Source: Octopus sinensis (taxonomy: Eukaryota). Taken from it: DNA of 64,000 nucleotides. The DNA lies in NCBI RefSeq assembly GCF_006345805.1, contig NC_043007.1, forward strand, positions 65,658,001 through 65,722,000. The letters run 5' to 3'. The notes below the pieces were generated by a model that saw only the letters and a list, made by a program, of their open reading frames with translations, did no database searches and was not told the origin of the DNA. Position 1 is the stretch's first letter. Each line of letters begins with the position of its first letter. Both the position numbers and the translations under genes were made by a program. Below, in pieces: positions 1 to 13,479 of this stretch.

Positions 1-350
1 TACATTCATACATACATACATACATACATACATACATGCATGCATACATACATACATGCATACATACATACATACATACATACATTACATACATACATAC
101 ATACATAATACATACATACACATACATACATACACATACATACATACATACATACATAATGATGTATCCCTCATTCCATTGAGCTACCAATTCTCTACAT
201 ATCCATTTGTTTAGTCTGCTTTTCCCCTCTTTTCTTTGTCTCCCCACCACACACGTAACATTACATTACATTCAAATGTCTATGTGTATGTATGTAAATA
301 TGTGTGTACATGTATGAATGCATGTATGTATGTATATGTATATATATATA

Positions 351-401
<51 letters not shown>

Positions 402-576
402 TATATATATATATATACATACATACATACATACATACATACATACATGCGTACATAGATACATATGATCAAAGCGTTAGTTATGAGCAATAAAGTTTAT
501 TGTATATTCCATTTTCCATCTCTATCATTTGTTATATATATATGTGCATACATACATGTGTGCGTGTGTGTGTGTG

Positions 577-612
<36 letters not shown>
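1..612. repeat. Compound microsatellites (TACA)n, (TA)n, (TG)n
   Basis: Direct reading; these tracts explain the YI/HT/VC ORFs here. Confidence 0.95.
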
Positions 613-617
<5 letters not shown>

Positions 618-744
618 ATATTATGTTAAAAATACAAGTCCTACTAATTACAGTGCAACTCAGAGTTTCCTGGTCGAAACATTAATTTATTTTGCCTTTT
701 TTTTTTTCAAGCGTTTTCATTTACCACCTCTTTTCTGTACCTGA

Positions 745-1050
745 CATTCCGTCGGTTGCGATGACGAGTGTTTCAGTTGATCCGATCAGCAGAACAGCAT
801 GCTCATAAAATTAACGTGAAAGTGGTGAGAACTCCACAGACACACGTGCCCTCAACATAGTTCTCAGGGAGATTCCTCGTGACGCACAATGTGACACGAT
901 GAATTGTAGTTACAGCTCATTTTTGCCAGCTGAGTGGAGTAGCGCAACGTGAAATAAAGTATCTTGCTCAAGAACACAGCGTGCCGCTGGGTATCGAACT
1001 GACAACCTTATGATCGTAAGCCGTATACCCCTAACCACTAAAGCATGCCC
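745..1050 (-). mobile_element. tRNA-derived SINE, family D (CORE-like centre)
   Basis: Reverse complement starts GGGCATGCTTTAGTGGTTAGGGG (A-box-like), has GTTCGATACCC (B-box-like), then TTCTTGAGCAAGATACTTTATTTCACGTTGC; related copy at 61562-61790. Confidence 0.7.
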
Positions 1051-1123
1051 ATTCACTTTCTGTACCTAACACTGTTTTAGTACCATCTTGTAACTACTAA
1101 CCCTTCTCTTTTTCAATACATAC

Positions 1124-1856
1124 AGGTGCAAGAGTGGCTGTGTGGTAAGAAGCGTGGCACTTTGGGTAAGTGTCTTCGACTATAGCCTCGAGCCGACCAA
1201 AGCCTTGTGAGTGGACTTGGGAGACGGAAACTGATAGAAATCAGTCGTATATATATTTCTTTACTACCCACAAGGGGCTAAACACAGAGGGGACAAACAA
1301 GGACAGACAAACGGATTAAGTCGATTATATCGACTCCAGTGCGTGACTGGTACTTAATTTATCGACCCCGAAAGGATGAAAGGCAAAGTCGACCTCGGCG
1401 GAATTTGAACTCAGAACGTAACGGCAGACGAAATACGGCTACGCATTTCGCCCGGCGTGCTAACGTTTCTGCCAGCTCACAAGTACGTTGTGCTCTGTGT
1501 TTCATATATAACCTACTAGTCGTATATATAAATATAATATATACCGGAGTAAGCACATAAATGTGAATTGTCAGATTCTAACAAAACTGTCCGACGAACG
1601 AGAACGTGAAACTCTCTGTAACTGTTTTTGTGATATTTCTGCTGCTTTTAATAATATATATATATATATTCGCCATAATAGATCGCTAGCCACTAAACCT
1701 TTTTTTATTTTTTCTCCCGGTTTATTTTTGTGTTCCTTTCTGTCGAATAGCGTAGGCTTGAAAGGTAAAAGACTTTCTCACTTCGCGAACGTTAAACTAA
1801 TACATCTGTTTGTTGTTTACACACCCGTCTTCGTCTTTTGCTTTTCTTGTAAATTC

Positions 1857-1887
<31 letters not shown>

Positions 1888-2115
1888 TGTGTGTGTGTGT
1901 GTATTTGTGTGTTTGTGTTTGTCATCCCACCATCGCTTGACAACCGATGTTGGTGTGTTTACGTCCCCATAACTTAGTGGTTCGGCAAGACAGATCGCTA
2001 GAGTAAGTACTAGACTTACAGTGAATAAGTTCTAGTGTCGATCTGTTCGAATACTTTTTAAAGGCGGTGCTCCAACATGACCGCAGTCAAATGGCTGAAA
2101 CAAGTAAAAGCTTAA
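1124..2115 (+). mobile_element. Family A SINE (head - TA/TG microsatellite - tail) split by nested insertions
   Basis: Head GTGGCTGTGTGGTAAGAAG...GTCGTATATAT at 1124-1256 (internally deleted) and tail at about 1905-2115 match intact copies such as 33097-33520. Confidence 0.7.
1257..1478 (-). mobile_element. Family B SINE
   Basis: Reverse complement of GAGCTGGCAGAAACGTTAGCACGCCGGGCG...GAGTTCAAATTCCGCCGAGGTCGAC; near-identical to 62430-62662. Confidence 0.9.
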
Positions 2116-2645
2116 AAGAGTAATATGAAACCACAGTAATTTAGTTCCGGGTATTAGTTTGATGCGGGTGACTACATGCTTCAGCACCACCCTACTATAA
2201 TTGAATATTTAACACACACCGGCTTGAATTTAGTTCTTGATCCAACCTCTAGAATATGGCTTCCGCCGAGCACAAGTACGTTGTGCTCTGTGTTTCATAT
2301 ATAACCCTGTAGCTACGAGTTGTAATTTATCTTTATAATCCAATTTACAGTGATTGCTGTGATTGTTAATGTTTAATGTTTTTACTGTGACAGTGACAGT
2401 TTATCGTGACTTTCAGGGTAAATGCTTGTGAGCTGAGGATTTTGCTGTACTCCGTCTCCAAATGTAGAAATCGCTGTCTCATCAGACCCACGTTGCTAAG
2501 CAAACTTCTTTAGTGGCATATTTCCATTTGGAAATATGCCTCTAGCCTGGCATATTTCCTAATGGAATTGAATCCTGTCATCTTTAGGTAACAAGATGCT
2601 ACGGACAAGAAAAGAAAAGAACCTCTTTACATGTAGTTGTAGAAG

Positions 2646-2752
2646 AGGGCGGCGAGCTGGCTGTATCGTTGTCGCGTCGGACTAAAAGCTAAGCGGCATT
2701 TCTTCCGACTTTACGTTCTGACTTCAAATATTGCCGGGGTTCATTCATCCTT
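2646..2752 (+). mobile_element. Family B SINE, degenerate 5' part
   Basis: GGCGGCGAGCTGGC...CGTTCTGACTTCAAAT matches the family B head. Confidence 0.7.
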
Positions 2753-3049
2753 ACCGTTTCTACTTTAGGATAGGGTAAAAGTGGTTGAAACAAGTATGCG
2801 GTATGAGTGTTTGTGACATACGTGAGAACCAATTGGAAATAATCTTAATCAAGGACAATATTGTTTAAAGAGGAGCGGTTCTTATCGGTGTTGTATAATA
2901 TCCAGGTCGGCTCTGATTAAGTAACCTAAGATATACCCATGGTAGTCAATAGGTCAATGACTGTTTGGATAGGAGGTTTCCGATGCGACCCCTATGTGTA
3001 GTATATATGTATGTATGTGTGTATGTATGTGTGTATGTATGCATGTGCA

Positions 3050-4015
<966 letters not shown>

Positions 4016-4060
4016 AACAACAACAACAACAACAACAACAACAATAACAACAATAATAAT

Positions 4061-4729
4061 TGATAAAAGCACTGACTCGCTACAGTGCAGGATGTGCTCT
4101 GAGAAGGGGGAAAGTATAAGCCATATTGTTAGTGAGTACTGTATACTCGCATAACGCGAATACAAAAGGAGACATGAAAATGTGGCCAGATATGTCCACT
4201 AGCTGTTGTGCGGTAAAGCAAACCTCGAAAGAGCCGAACAGTGGTATGAACACAAGCCAGAGGGAGTAATGGAAAACGAACATTACAAAATTCTCTGGGA
4301 TTTTAACATACAGTGCGACCAAGCCATAGAGGCGAGACGGTCAGATGTGGTGGTCATCTATAAAAATGAAAAGAAGCAAAGATAATAGATGTTGCAATAC
4401 CAGGCGATTCGAGGGTAAAATGTAAGGAAATAGAAAAGAGTGAGAAATACCAGCCATGCGGGACGAGATAGGAAAGTCATGGAGCGCGAGGAAAGCAATG
4501 GTAATACCGGTGGTAATTGGGGCATTAGGAGCAGTTTCCAAGGACATTGAAAAACATATTAAGAATATTGGGGCTGCTGCCAGGCTCGAGGTGATCCAGA
4601 AGACAGCATCGTTGGGTACAACTCGCATTCTAACGAGAGTATTGTCTGTTTGAGTCACAGAAGGCACTACTTGAAACCTTTGGTGATTTGTTATTACCTG
4701 CTTTCAAGTTTTCAACAGCGAGAATCAAA
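4061..4729 (+). mobile_element. 5'-truncated R4/Dong-like element (second subfamily)
   Basis: CRMCSEKGESISHIVSE...EYKRRHENVA...ILWDFNIQCD...IIDVAIPGD...IPVVIGALG...LGTTRILTRVLSV*; CAA/TAA arrays on both sides. Confidence 0.9.
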
Positions 4730-4731
4730 AT

Positions 4732-4781
<50 letters not shown>

Positions 4782-4803
4782 AAACAACACCAATAATAAT
4801 AAT

Positions 4804-5333
4804 ACACAACACAGCAGAAAGTGAACAGAATAGACAACACAGCAGAAAGTGATAAGTGCAGAATCTGTGAACAAAACGGTGAAACTGTATGGCATATTAC
4901 CAGCCAATGTACGCCACTAGCCCAGAAGGAATATAAGAGACGCCATGACAATATAGCCAGGCTTGTCCATTAGACACTTTGCAACAAGTATGAACTTGAC
5001 AGAGCAAAAAATTGGTACGACCACAAACCTGAAGGCATCGACGAAAATAGAAATGCAAAGGTCCTATGGGATTTTATGATTCAGTGCGACCATGAGATTG
5101 AGAATTGGAAGCCGGACATAGTCTTAATTGAAAAAGAAGACAAACTATGCTGGATCATGGACGTAGCATACGTAGTTGACAATAAGGGTGGAGCACTTGC
5201 AGAAAACAGCACTGCTTGGAACCGCTCGAATACTCAGGAAGGTGCTCGAAAAATAATAGGTGTTACCTTAGTTCACTGGTAGTGAACAGCTGACTCTGTA
5301 GTACATCTCCAGCGTTAGAAGCTGTGAAAAGGC
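4804..5333 (+). mobile_element. 5'-truncated, internally deleted R4/Dong-like element (third subfamily)
   Basis: KCRICEQNGETVWHITSQC...EYKRRHD...VLWDFMIQCD...KPDIVLIEK...LQKTALLGTARILRKVLEK*; followed by (TAA)n; 19-bp duplication at the 5' junction (4806-4824, 4834-4852). Confidence 0.9.
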
Positions 5334-5396
<63 letters not shown>

Positions 5397-5610
5397 CTTT
5401 TCTACTATAGGCACAAGGCCTCAAATTTTCGGGGATGAGGAGTACACGATTACATCGATCCAAGTGTTTCACTGGTACTTAATTTATCGACCCCGAAAGG
5501 ATGAAAGACAATGTTGACCTTAGCGGAATTTGAACATAGAACGTAGCGACGGGCGAAACACCACTAAACATTTCATTCAGCATGCTAATGATTCTGCCAG
5601 CTCACCGCCT
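5397..5610 (-). mobile_element. Family B SINE
   Basis: Matches family B on the minus strand. Confidence 0.85.
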
Positions 5611-5630
5611 CAACAACAACAGCAACAACA

Positions 5631-5872
5631 ACCCTTATTCAGGGACCTTTTGAGTGGGAAGGGCTGCTCGACCTGAAGGAAATCCTAAGTGGGCCCCACC
5701 TGCAAGGTCATGCACTGTTTCTCTTGATATGAGATTACCATGTCACGCACATATGATTGTGATGCATGTGCCCGGTGTATCCTTATAAGATGGATAGTCA
5801 TGATAGGTATACTGAGCTTCGTATATTTTACTCCAGTGTCATTTTGATGACATGCATTGCTCTCTCCTTCAC

Positions 5873-5873
<1 letters not shown>
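5631..5873 (+). mobile_element. Non-coding TAA-associated element (family T), 5'-truncated
   Basis: Collinear with the 3' part of 5930-6482; ends GCATTGCTCTCTCCTTCACT then (AAT)n. Confidence 0.8.
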
Positions 5874-5929
<56 letters not shown>

Positions 5930-5931
<2 letters not shown>

Positions 5932-6482
5932 GCCCTGATGCAGTACCAGGCAGTGGCTCTCATGGCTTCTGATCTTAACTGATTGGAAGTGTTATCATGT
6001 ACATTGTTTGTCTTGGTATAAAAGATGGGCTACAGCAAATATTCTGCTCAATACCACATATTTGCTTGTCAGTTGTTGACCTTAACCAGTTGAGCATGTC
6101 CTTAGTGGCTGACGATATGTGCATCTCTGATCACGAGCAGAAGTAGTGGGGGAGCATCATAGCCATGTGTTGAGAGGGATTCTTTGGGGTTGAATAGTTC
6201 ACCTCTGGAAACATGGGTGGTTCTTTCAACATCCTTAAGCAACCCTTATTCAAGGACCGTTTTGAGCGGGATGGGCTACTCAACCTGAAGAAAATTCTAA
6301 CTGGGCCCCACCTGCAAGGTCATGTGCTGTTTATCTTGATATGAGATCACCATGTCGCGCACATATGGTTGTGATGCATGTGCCTGGTGTACCTTTATCA
6401 GACGGGTAGTCATGATGGGTATATTGGGCTTCGTATATTTTACCCCAGTGTCACTTTGATGGCATGAACTGCTCTCTCACTC
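5930..6482 (+). mobile_element. Family T element, longest copy (about 550 bp)
   Basis: (TAA)n on both sides; same 3' end as four other copies; no coding signal recognised. Confidence 0.85.
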
Positions 6483-6516
<34 letters not shown>

Positions 6517-6518
<2 letters not shown>

Positions 6519-6880
6519 CCTTTGTATTATTGGCACATGGCTTGAAATTTTTGGGGTAAGAGACTAATCGATTGCAATGACCCCAATGCTTAACTGGTAC
6601 ACACTTTATCGACCCCGAAAGGAGGCAAAGTCGACCTCGGCAGAATTTGAACTCAGAACGTAAAGACGAACGAACTGTCGCTAATCATTTTGCCCGGCAT
6701 GCTAACGACCCTGCCAGTCATTTCTACAATAAGCACAAGGCCTCTAAACTCAAATGGAATGGAGAAAGTCGGTTAACTCGACCCCACTGTTCAGTTAGTA
6801 CTTATTCGAAATTTGACTTCAATACGTAAAATGTCGGAAGAAATACTGCGAAACATTTTGTCCAATGCTCAAACAAATTT
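6517..6880 (-). mobile_element. Two adjacent family B SINE copies or fragments
   Basis: 6517-6720 and about 6722-6880 both match the family B reverse complement. Confidence 0.7.
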
Positions 6881-6884
6881 GCCA

Positions 6885-6931
6885 GTAGTAGTAGTAGTAC
6901 TAGCAGCAGCAGCAGCAGCAGTAGCAGTAGC

Positions 6932-6984
<53 letters not shown>

Positions 6985-7299
6985 CAGCAGCAGCAGCAGT
7001 AGTTGTTGCTGTGTTACTGTTGTTGATGTTTTAAAAACCTTCAGACACACAGTCTCTAAGTGTCCGTACACTGTTGGTATGTAAATTTATGTAGCACAGC
7101 TGCCATCGCAGGCAGGCCGGACTCGGTTAACATATGGGTCTATCATGAAGATCGAACCATTCGGCTAAGAAGAGCGAGTCATTCCTCAGTTTTCAAACAT
7201 TTATGTGTGTGTGTATGTGTGTATATATATATGTGTATGTATATATATGTATGCATGTATATATGTACATATATGTATTTATATATGTATCTGTCTATG

Positions 7300-7330
<31 letters not shown>

Positions 7331-7341
7331 TATATATATAT

Positions 7342-7382
<41 letters not shown>

Positions 7383-7487
7383 CATATATATTATGTTTAT
7401 ATTTACATATATCTATACAGACACACATACATACATACATACATACATACATACATACATACATACATACATACATACGTACATACA

Positions 7488-7575
<88 letters not shown>

Positions 7576-8152
7576 CCTGCTCGCTTAGCCAGCGATGTGA
7601 CCACGATGTGTAGCAACATCTGATAGCCTGGTCGGTCACGTGATCACGTGATATATATATACATACATACATAAATCTATGTAAAGTGCCAACACATTAT
7701 TTACTTCTTGATGGCGCGGTTAATGATGGCGATATTGAAGATGAGGATGATGATGGTGATGGTGGTGATGAAGATGTGGATGATGATGTTCATGATGATG
7801 ACGACGACAGTATTATTGATAATCAGTGGGAAGTTAATGATGCTGCTATTTTTGTTGTTGTTGTTGTATTTGTTGTTGTTGCTGCTACTGTTGTCGTTAT
7901 TGCCAAAAAATATTATAGGTTTTCTTCCGGAAACGAAACAGGACTCAAGTTTTGGTTGAAATGCTTCCAACAATATTAGTAAGGCTCAGCTATATTCGAT
8001 TTGCTAAGCTGGCCATTTTAAGAGGAGCATTCAAGTAACATCAATTATTAAATACAATGAAGAAGACTAAGAGACATTGCTAGGGCTTCAATTCGAATCC
8101 GCCATACATCTAGTGTAATAGACTAATCCTACCGCTACACGCATACATACAT

Positions 8153-8184
<32 letters not shown>

Positions 8185-8190
8185 CCACAC

Positions 8191-8221
<31 letters not shown>

Positions 8222-8350
8222 TATATATATACACACATATATATACATATATATATACGCATATATATATACATATACACACATATATATACATATGTAT
8301 ATATATATCCATATATACATGCATATATACATGCATATATACATATGCAT

Positions 8351-8411
<61 letters not shown>

Positions 8412-8613
8412 GATTTTCTTTCACATATCTTTCTGTCTTCATATATTTTGAACTCCTTCACTTTTCTTTCTTTCTTTTTAAAAAAATTTCCTTTTATTCT
8501 CTTCCTATCTACTTTCACTTTCGCGGGCAGAGACAGTCATGACGGCCAGCTTACAATTGAAAGAACAATAACTACGGTAACGACTATGCCAACAAAAATA
8601 ATAAGGATAATTA

Positions 8614-8679
<66 letters not shown>

Positions 8680-9249
8680 CAATGATGATAATGAAGACGA
8701 TGATGATTATGATGGTAACGGTGATGACGATGATTTCCCAATTAGGTATGAAGCCTCAGAATTTGGAGAGAGAGAGAGAGAAGAGCGAGGGAGAAATAAA
8801 TGGAGAAAGAGAAAAAGAAAGAGAAAGAGAGAAGCACACTAAAAAAATTGAAGCAAATAAAAGCAAAAACAAAAATAAAAAAAAGCATCTCCTTAATCTG
8901 CAAATTGTTTGTATTGTTATTGTTGTTGTCGATGACGACTTTGTCGCTGTGGTCCCACTTATTCTTCTCATTGTTGCTGGTTGTCCCTCCTACCCAAAAT
9001 GGCTCAAGAAAATGGATACAACAACAATAACAACAACAAAAACAACAGCGCGGTAGGAAACAAAACTGCAATCTGTTATTCCATGCTCCTCAGGCAATAT
9101 TGCGGAAGAAATAGGCGATGAAGTGGCTGCAGCGCTAGACACTAGACGTTAGACTCTTGCTGTGTTTAGTTACGTTCATTTCACTCTGATTTCAAATCCC
9201 GCCGTGTTCAACATCGTTCTGGTGATCGACTGAATAAATACCAGTTAAA

Positions 9250-9324
<75 letters not shown>

Positions 9325-9517
9325 CAATAGTAGTAGCAGTAGTAGTAGTAGTAGTAGTAGAAGTAGTAGTAGTAGCAATAGTAGTAGCAGTAGTAGTAGT
9401 AGCAGTCGCAGTATAGTTGATTTTATCTGCTTTACTTCTCATAATACAGATATTCATACAAACATACATGCATACATACACACATACAGACAGACAAACA
9501 ATAGATAGATAGTTAGT

Positions 9518-9558
<41 letters not shown>

Positions 9559-9630
9559 GGATGGATAGACAGATAGATGGAGACATGGAGAAATAAATAG
9601 ATAGATGGAGAGATAGACAGACAGACAGAC

Positions 9631-9681
<51 letters not shown>

Positions 9682-9724
9682 CAGGTGAATAGACAGATTG
9701 ATAGATAGACATATAGACAGGCAG

Positions 9725-9803
<79 letters not shown>

Positions 9804-9830
9804 AGCAGACAGATAGATAGATAAATTGAG
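6885..9830. repeat. Microsatellite-dense block: (TAG/CAG)n, (TA)n, (CATA)n, (GAT)n, (GA)n, (GATA)n
   Basis: Direct reading, with short unique spacers between tracts. Confidence 0.9.
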
Positions 9831-9837
9831 AGAGATA

Positions 9838-10030
9838 TTGGTTTGAAATTTTGGCACAAGACCAGCAAGTTCGTGGGAGAGCTAAGTCGATTAGATTGAG
9901 CCCAGTGCGCAACTGGTACTTATTTTATCGACTCTGAAAGGATGAAAGGTAAAGTCGGCCTCGGCAGAATTTGAACTCAGAACGTAATGACGGACGAAAT
10001 GCCGCTAAGCATTTTGCCCAGTGTGCTAAC
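9838..10030 (-). mobile_element. Family B SINE
   Basis: Family B reverse complement including the TTTGAACTCAGAACGT B-box region. Confidence 0.85.
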
Positions 10031-10048
10031 GATTCTGCCATTTCGCCG

Positions 10049-10085
<37 letters not shown>

Positions 10086-10751
10086 CACACAAACATACTC
10101 ATATATATTATTCTTTAATAGGAATAGTTATTGACATTGACTTTCGAATTTCGGCCACCTAAGCCATCATCGAACTGTTTCCTGATAGCTTACTGGCCGA
10201 AACTTAGAAATCACTGTCAATACTATACTTGTTAAAAATTTTAAAATTTGTACTCTGCCAAAAGTATCGAGTAATTTTTCAGTTTAATCTAAGTCTGTTT
10301 TTATTACAAAGTAGAAACAAACATCAATACGTGTGTGATTACATAGTGGGATTATAATCATTGACAGAAACAGTATTTAAAATTCTATGTGCATCCGTAT
10401 ATATCGAAAACAGAAAACTGCGAAGAAAACCCATATTAAGGTTCAGTTTTCCTTTTTCTGGTCCCATCGTTACAAAGATCACAGAGTATAGATAGAAAAA
10501 AACAAAAGTGAGTTGTCGGTTCATAAATGACTTAATTACGCGATCTTTTAATTACGTGCGGTCTGAATCTCTGAAGACGTTTAATATAATTTATGAACCA
10601 GCTCTTCAAATTTTATTCTCTCTCTCTTTTTCTCCCCCCTCTCTCTCTCCCTCTTCCTTTCTCTCTCTCTCCCTCTCTATTCCTCTCTCTCTTTCCCTCC
10701 CTTTCTCTCTATATCTCCTCTCATTCTCCCTTCCTTTATCTCTCTCTCTTT

Positions 10752-10791
<40 letters not shown>

Positions 10792-11705
10792 CTATGTTCG
10801 ATTCTCTGTCAACTACCACCCCGTGTGTGTAGACGGTCTGTGAAGTGTCATCGCAGCGTCTGCGCTTGTGGCAAATAAAGAAATTATCATTTACCCTCAT
10901 CATGTCACTGAACTGCATGCAACATTATGCTTTGGAAATGTAGAACGTAGAATGATGTTTGCACCATTATCTTTTATCTTTCACTCGTTTCTTTCTTTGG
11001 TCTGCGGCCATGCTGGGGCACCACCTTGAATAGTTTAGTCGAACAAATCGACCCTAGTAGTTATTTTTTAGGTCTGGTAATTATTGTATCCTCCTCTTCC
11101 TCCTCCTCCTCTTTTATAGCAACAATAAAACAAATCCAAAGAACAACAATAATAATAATAACAACAACAGCAATTATTATTGAGTTCAAATTCCACCGAG
11201 GATGACTTTGTCATCATTTCAAGGTCGGTAAAACATGTAAAGGTCAAGCAGTAGTGTCGATGTAATCGACAAAACACCTCTCTCTAAAACTGCAGGCTTT
11301 GTACCAAGATTTGAAACTACTACTATTGTTTTTGTTGTTGTTGTTATTGTAATTACAATACGAAATCGAGTGCTCCGCATAAGGTTTGTTTTAACCTTCA
11401 GCCCTCACCATTAATAAATACATGTCATTAAGCTAAGAGCCCAGTGGACGAGTTATCCGCCTTTAGTTTCTCGCCTCTTTGGGGTAAAAACTTCCAAAAA
11501 TTTTTTTTAATTTTTGTTTACGAAAAATACTAATTCAAAACATGGTGTCGTCTTTAATAGTCAGCCACCTAGAGGAAGAAGTGGCACATAGTTCTGAAGG
11601 CAGGGAGGGAGATTGAAGTAGTTCCCTTTTCTCAGATACAAAAGTAAAAAAAAAAATACACGAACGAAAACGATGACAGCGACAATAACAACAATAGCAA
11701 CAACA

Positions 11706-11890
11706 GTGGAAGCGCAATGGCCCGGTGGTTAGGGCAGCGGGCTCGCGGTCGTAAGAAAGCGGTTTCGATTCCCAGACCGGGTATCGAGTGTTTATTGAGT
11801 AAAAACACCTAAGCTCCACGAGGCTCCGGGTGAATCCCGCTGAAGTCTTTCACCACAACTTTCTCTCACTCGTTCTTCCTACTTCTGCCA
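11706..11890 (+). mobile_element. tRNA-derived SINE, family C
   Basis: GTGGAAGCGCAATGGCCCGGTGGTTAGGGCAGCGG...GGTTTCGATTCCCAGACC tRNA-like head continues into a non-tRNA body; second copy at 62272-62385 (-). Confidence 0.8.
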
Positions 11891-12041
11891 CAAAGCAGAG
11901 GAACCATGGTGTAACCCATTATGGTGTGGTAAACTTTCAGACCTTAGTCTAGATTGCGAATCCTCTGTACCCCAGGATGGTTCAGCTCCCCACCCGTTAA
12001 AATCCACCGTTTACGGAATGAGGATAACAACATAGCTTTCC

Positions 12042-13011
12042 CGAATATCGTGGGTAGGGCATCGTTTCCCATTCAAACTGCTCCAGCCTTTGGAATGTCA
12101 TTCTCGTTGTATGTGGCGGAGCACTATCCTGATGGAAGAACACCTTTCGTCTTGAAACCAAAGATGGTCGTTTTACTACTAGCGCTGACTTAAGCCGCTC
12201 AAGCTGCTCGGAGTAGATCTTATTGTTTGGTTTGGCTTAAAAGTTCCAAATGGACTAAACGTTGCATATCCCACCAAACAGATAACAACTTACGTGAGTG
12301 AAGACCTTCTTTAGCCTGGGGTGCCTGTGTTTCTCCTTTCCCTAGCCACTATTTTTGGCGCTTGAAATTTTTAGAGAGAACCCATTTCTCACCAGTCACT
12401 ACACTATTCGGTGCAAAAAGGTTCATTCGTGAGACATGGCAACAAAAAAGAGCACACATTCATTCTCTGCACGCGGTTAGACTCAGAATGTTTGTGAGGA
12501 ACCCATTGACCTAATTTGCTGACTTTTTCGATGGCACTTGTCGATGAATGGTTGAATGACCAAATCCAAACTTCTCTGATAGTTCCGATGGGATTCTGAT
12601 CCACCAGGGCTTGCAGGACGAGTTCTACAGATCTTCCAGGACGAGGCTCGTCTTCTAGGCTGTAGTTTCCGACTGGGAATTTCTTGAGCCACCATTGACA
12701 CTGGCTTACGCTTATTATCCGATCCCCATATACTGCATTAATAGTCCTCGTACTTACCGTTGCGTTGTTGCCTTTACTGAACTCATAAAGCAAAATATGC
12801 CGAATATGCTCCTTTGTAACTTCCATTGTAGCTTTGAAAAGATTACTGTTAAAATCCAACTGTACTCTTCAAAACTTGCACAAAGAATAAGTAAAAAGTA
12901 AAATTACTACCTGCTTTTATTGCAAGTTGATGCAGGTAGTTCACTCCGTCCCTCTCTGACTTTTAGTTCATGCAATTGAAAAAACTGCATTATTTATGGT
13001 ATGGCCCAATA
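12042..13011 (-). mobile_element. mariner transposon relic (one TIR + frameshifted transposase, 3' end lost)
   Basis: TA then TTGGGCCATACCATAAATAATGC TIR-like end near 13009; MEVTKEHIRHILLYEF...WVPHK...VTGEKWV...VWWD...HQDSAPPH...MPYPRYS correspond to mariner HTH, WVPHEL, HDNARPH and YSPDL regions. Confidence 0.9.
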
Positions 13012-13071
13012 GCTTGTGTCGTCCTGGATGGAAGTGACGCTCTTCAGAATTAAAAAAAAATACAAACAGAA

Positions 13072-13467
13072 TTGTTCCAGAATAGAATTGGAGTGAAAGA
13101 ACACCTAGGAAAGATTCCAAAGCTAATGGAATTTTCGAATGGTGCAGAACTTCACGTTACGGTGGAGGGCAAAAGACCCAGGTGCTGTATATGTGGCGAT
13201 GCTAAACAATTGAAAGCCTTCACCCAAAAACAGAAAGCGAAAGCAGTGAGACTTTTACTGCTTTCAGCTTCTCTATATACAACACCAACAAGGGTATATA
13301 ACTATATCATCAAAACAATAACAGCAACATCTGCAACAATCACAATAGTAAAACCAACAACATATACAAATACAAAAGTAAGCAGTAGCCATGGAAGAGC
13401 TGCAAAAGAAGAGGCAGAAACTGCAATACCAGGAGTATTCTGGCAAGTTCTTCTCAGTTCTCAGTAA
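13072..13467 (+). mobile_element. Possible LINE ORF1 (gag-like zinc knuckle) relic
   Basis: KIPKLMEFSNGAELHVTVEGKRPRCCICGD followed by a Thr-rich low-complexity tail; resembles L1/Tx1-type ORF1. Confidence 0.5.
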
Positions 13468-13479
13468 TTTTAGCCTGTG

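Noticed and set aside
1735-1775. Possible hammerhead relic CTGTCGAA-TAGC-GTAG-GCTT-GAAAGGTA
   Set aside because: Core position 6 and stem III are broken; too degenerate to support.
8550-8620. TM-like exon with GTAAGC donor
   Set aside because: Derived from a decaying (ATT)n array; no acceptor.
11706-11790. tRNA gene-like sequence
   Set aside because: It continues into a SINE body and recurs elsewhere; no clean cloverleaf or terminator, so it is called a SINE head.
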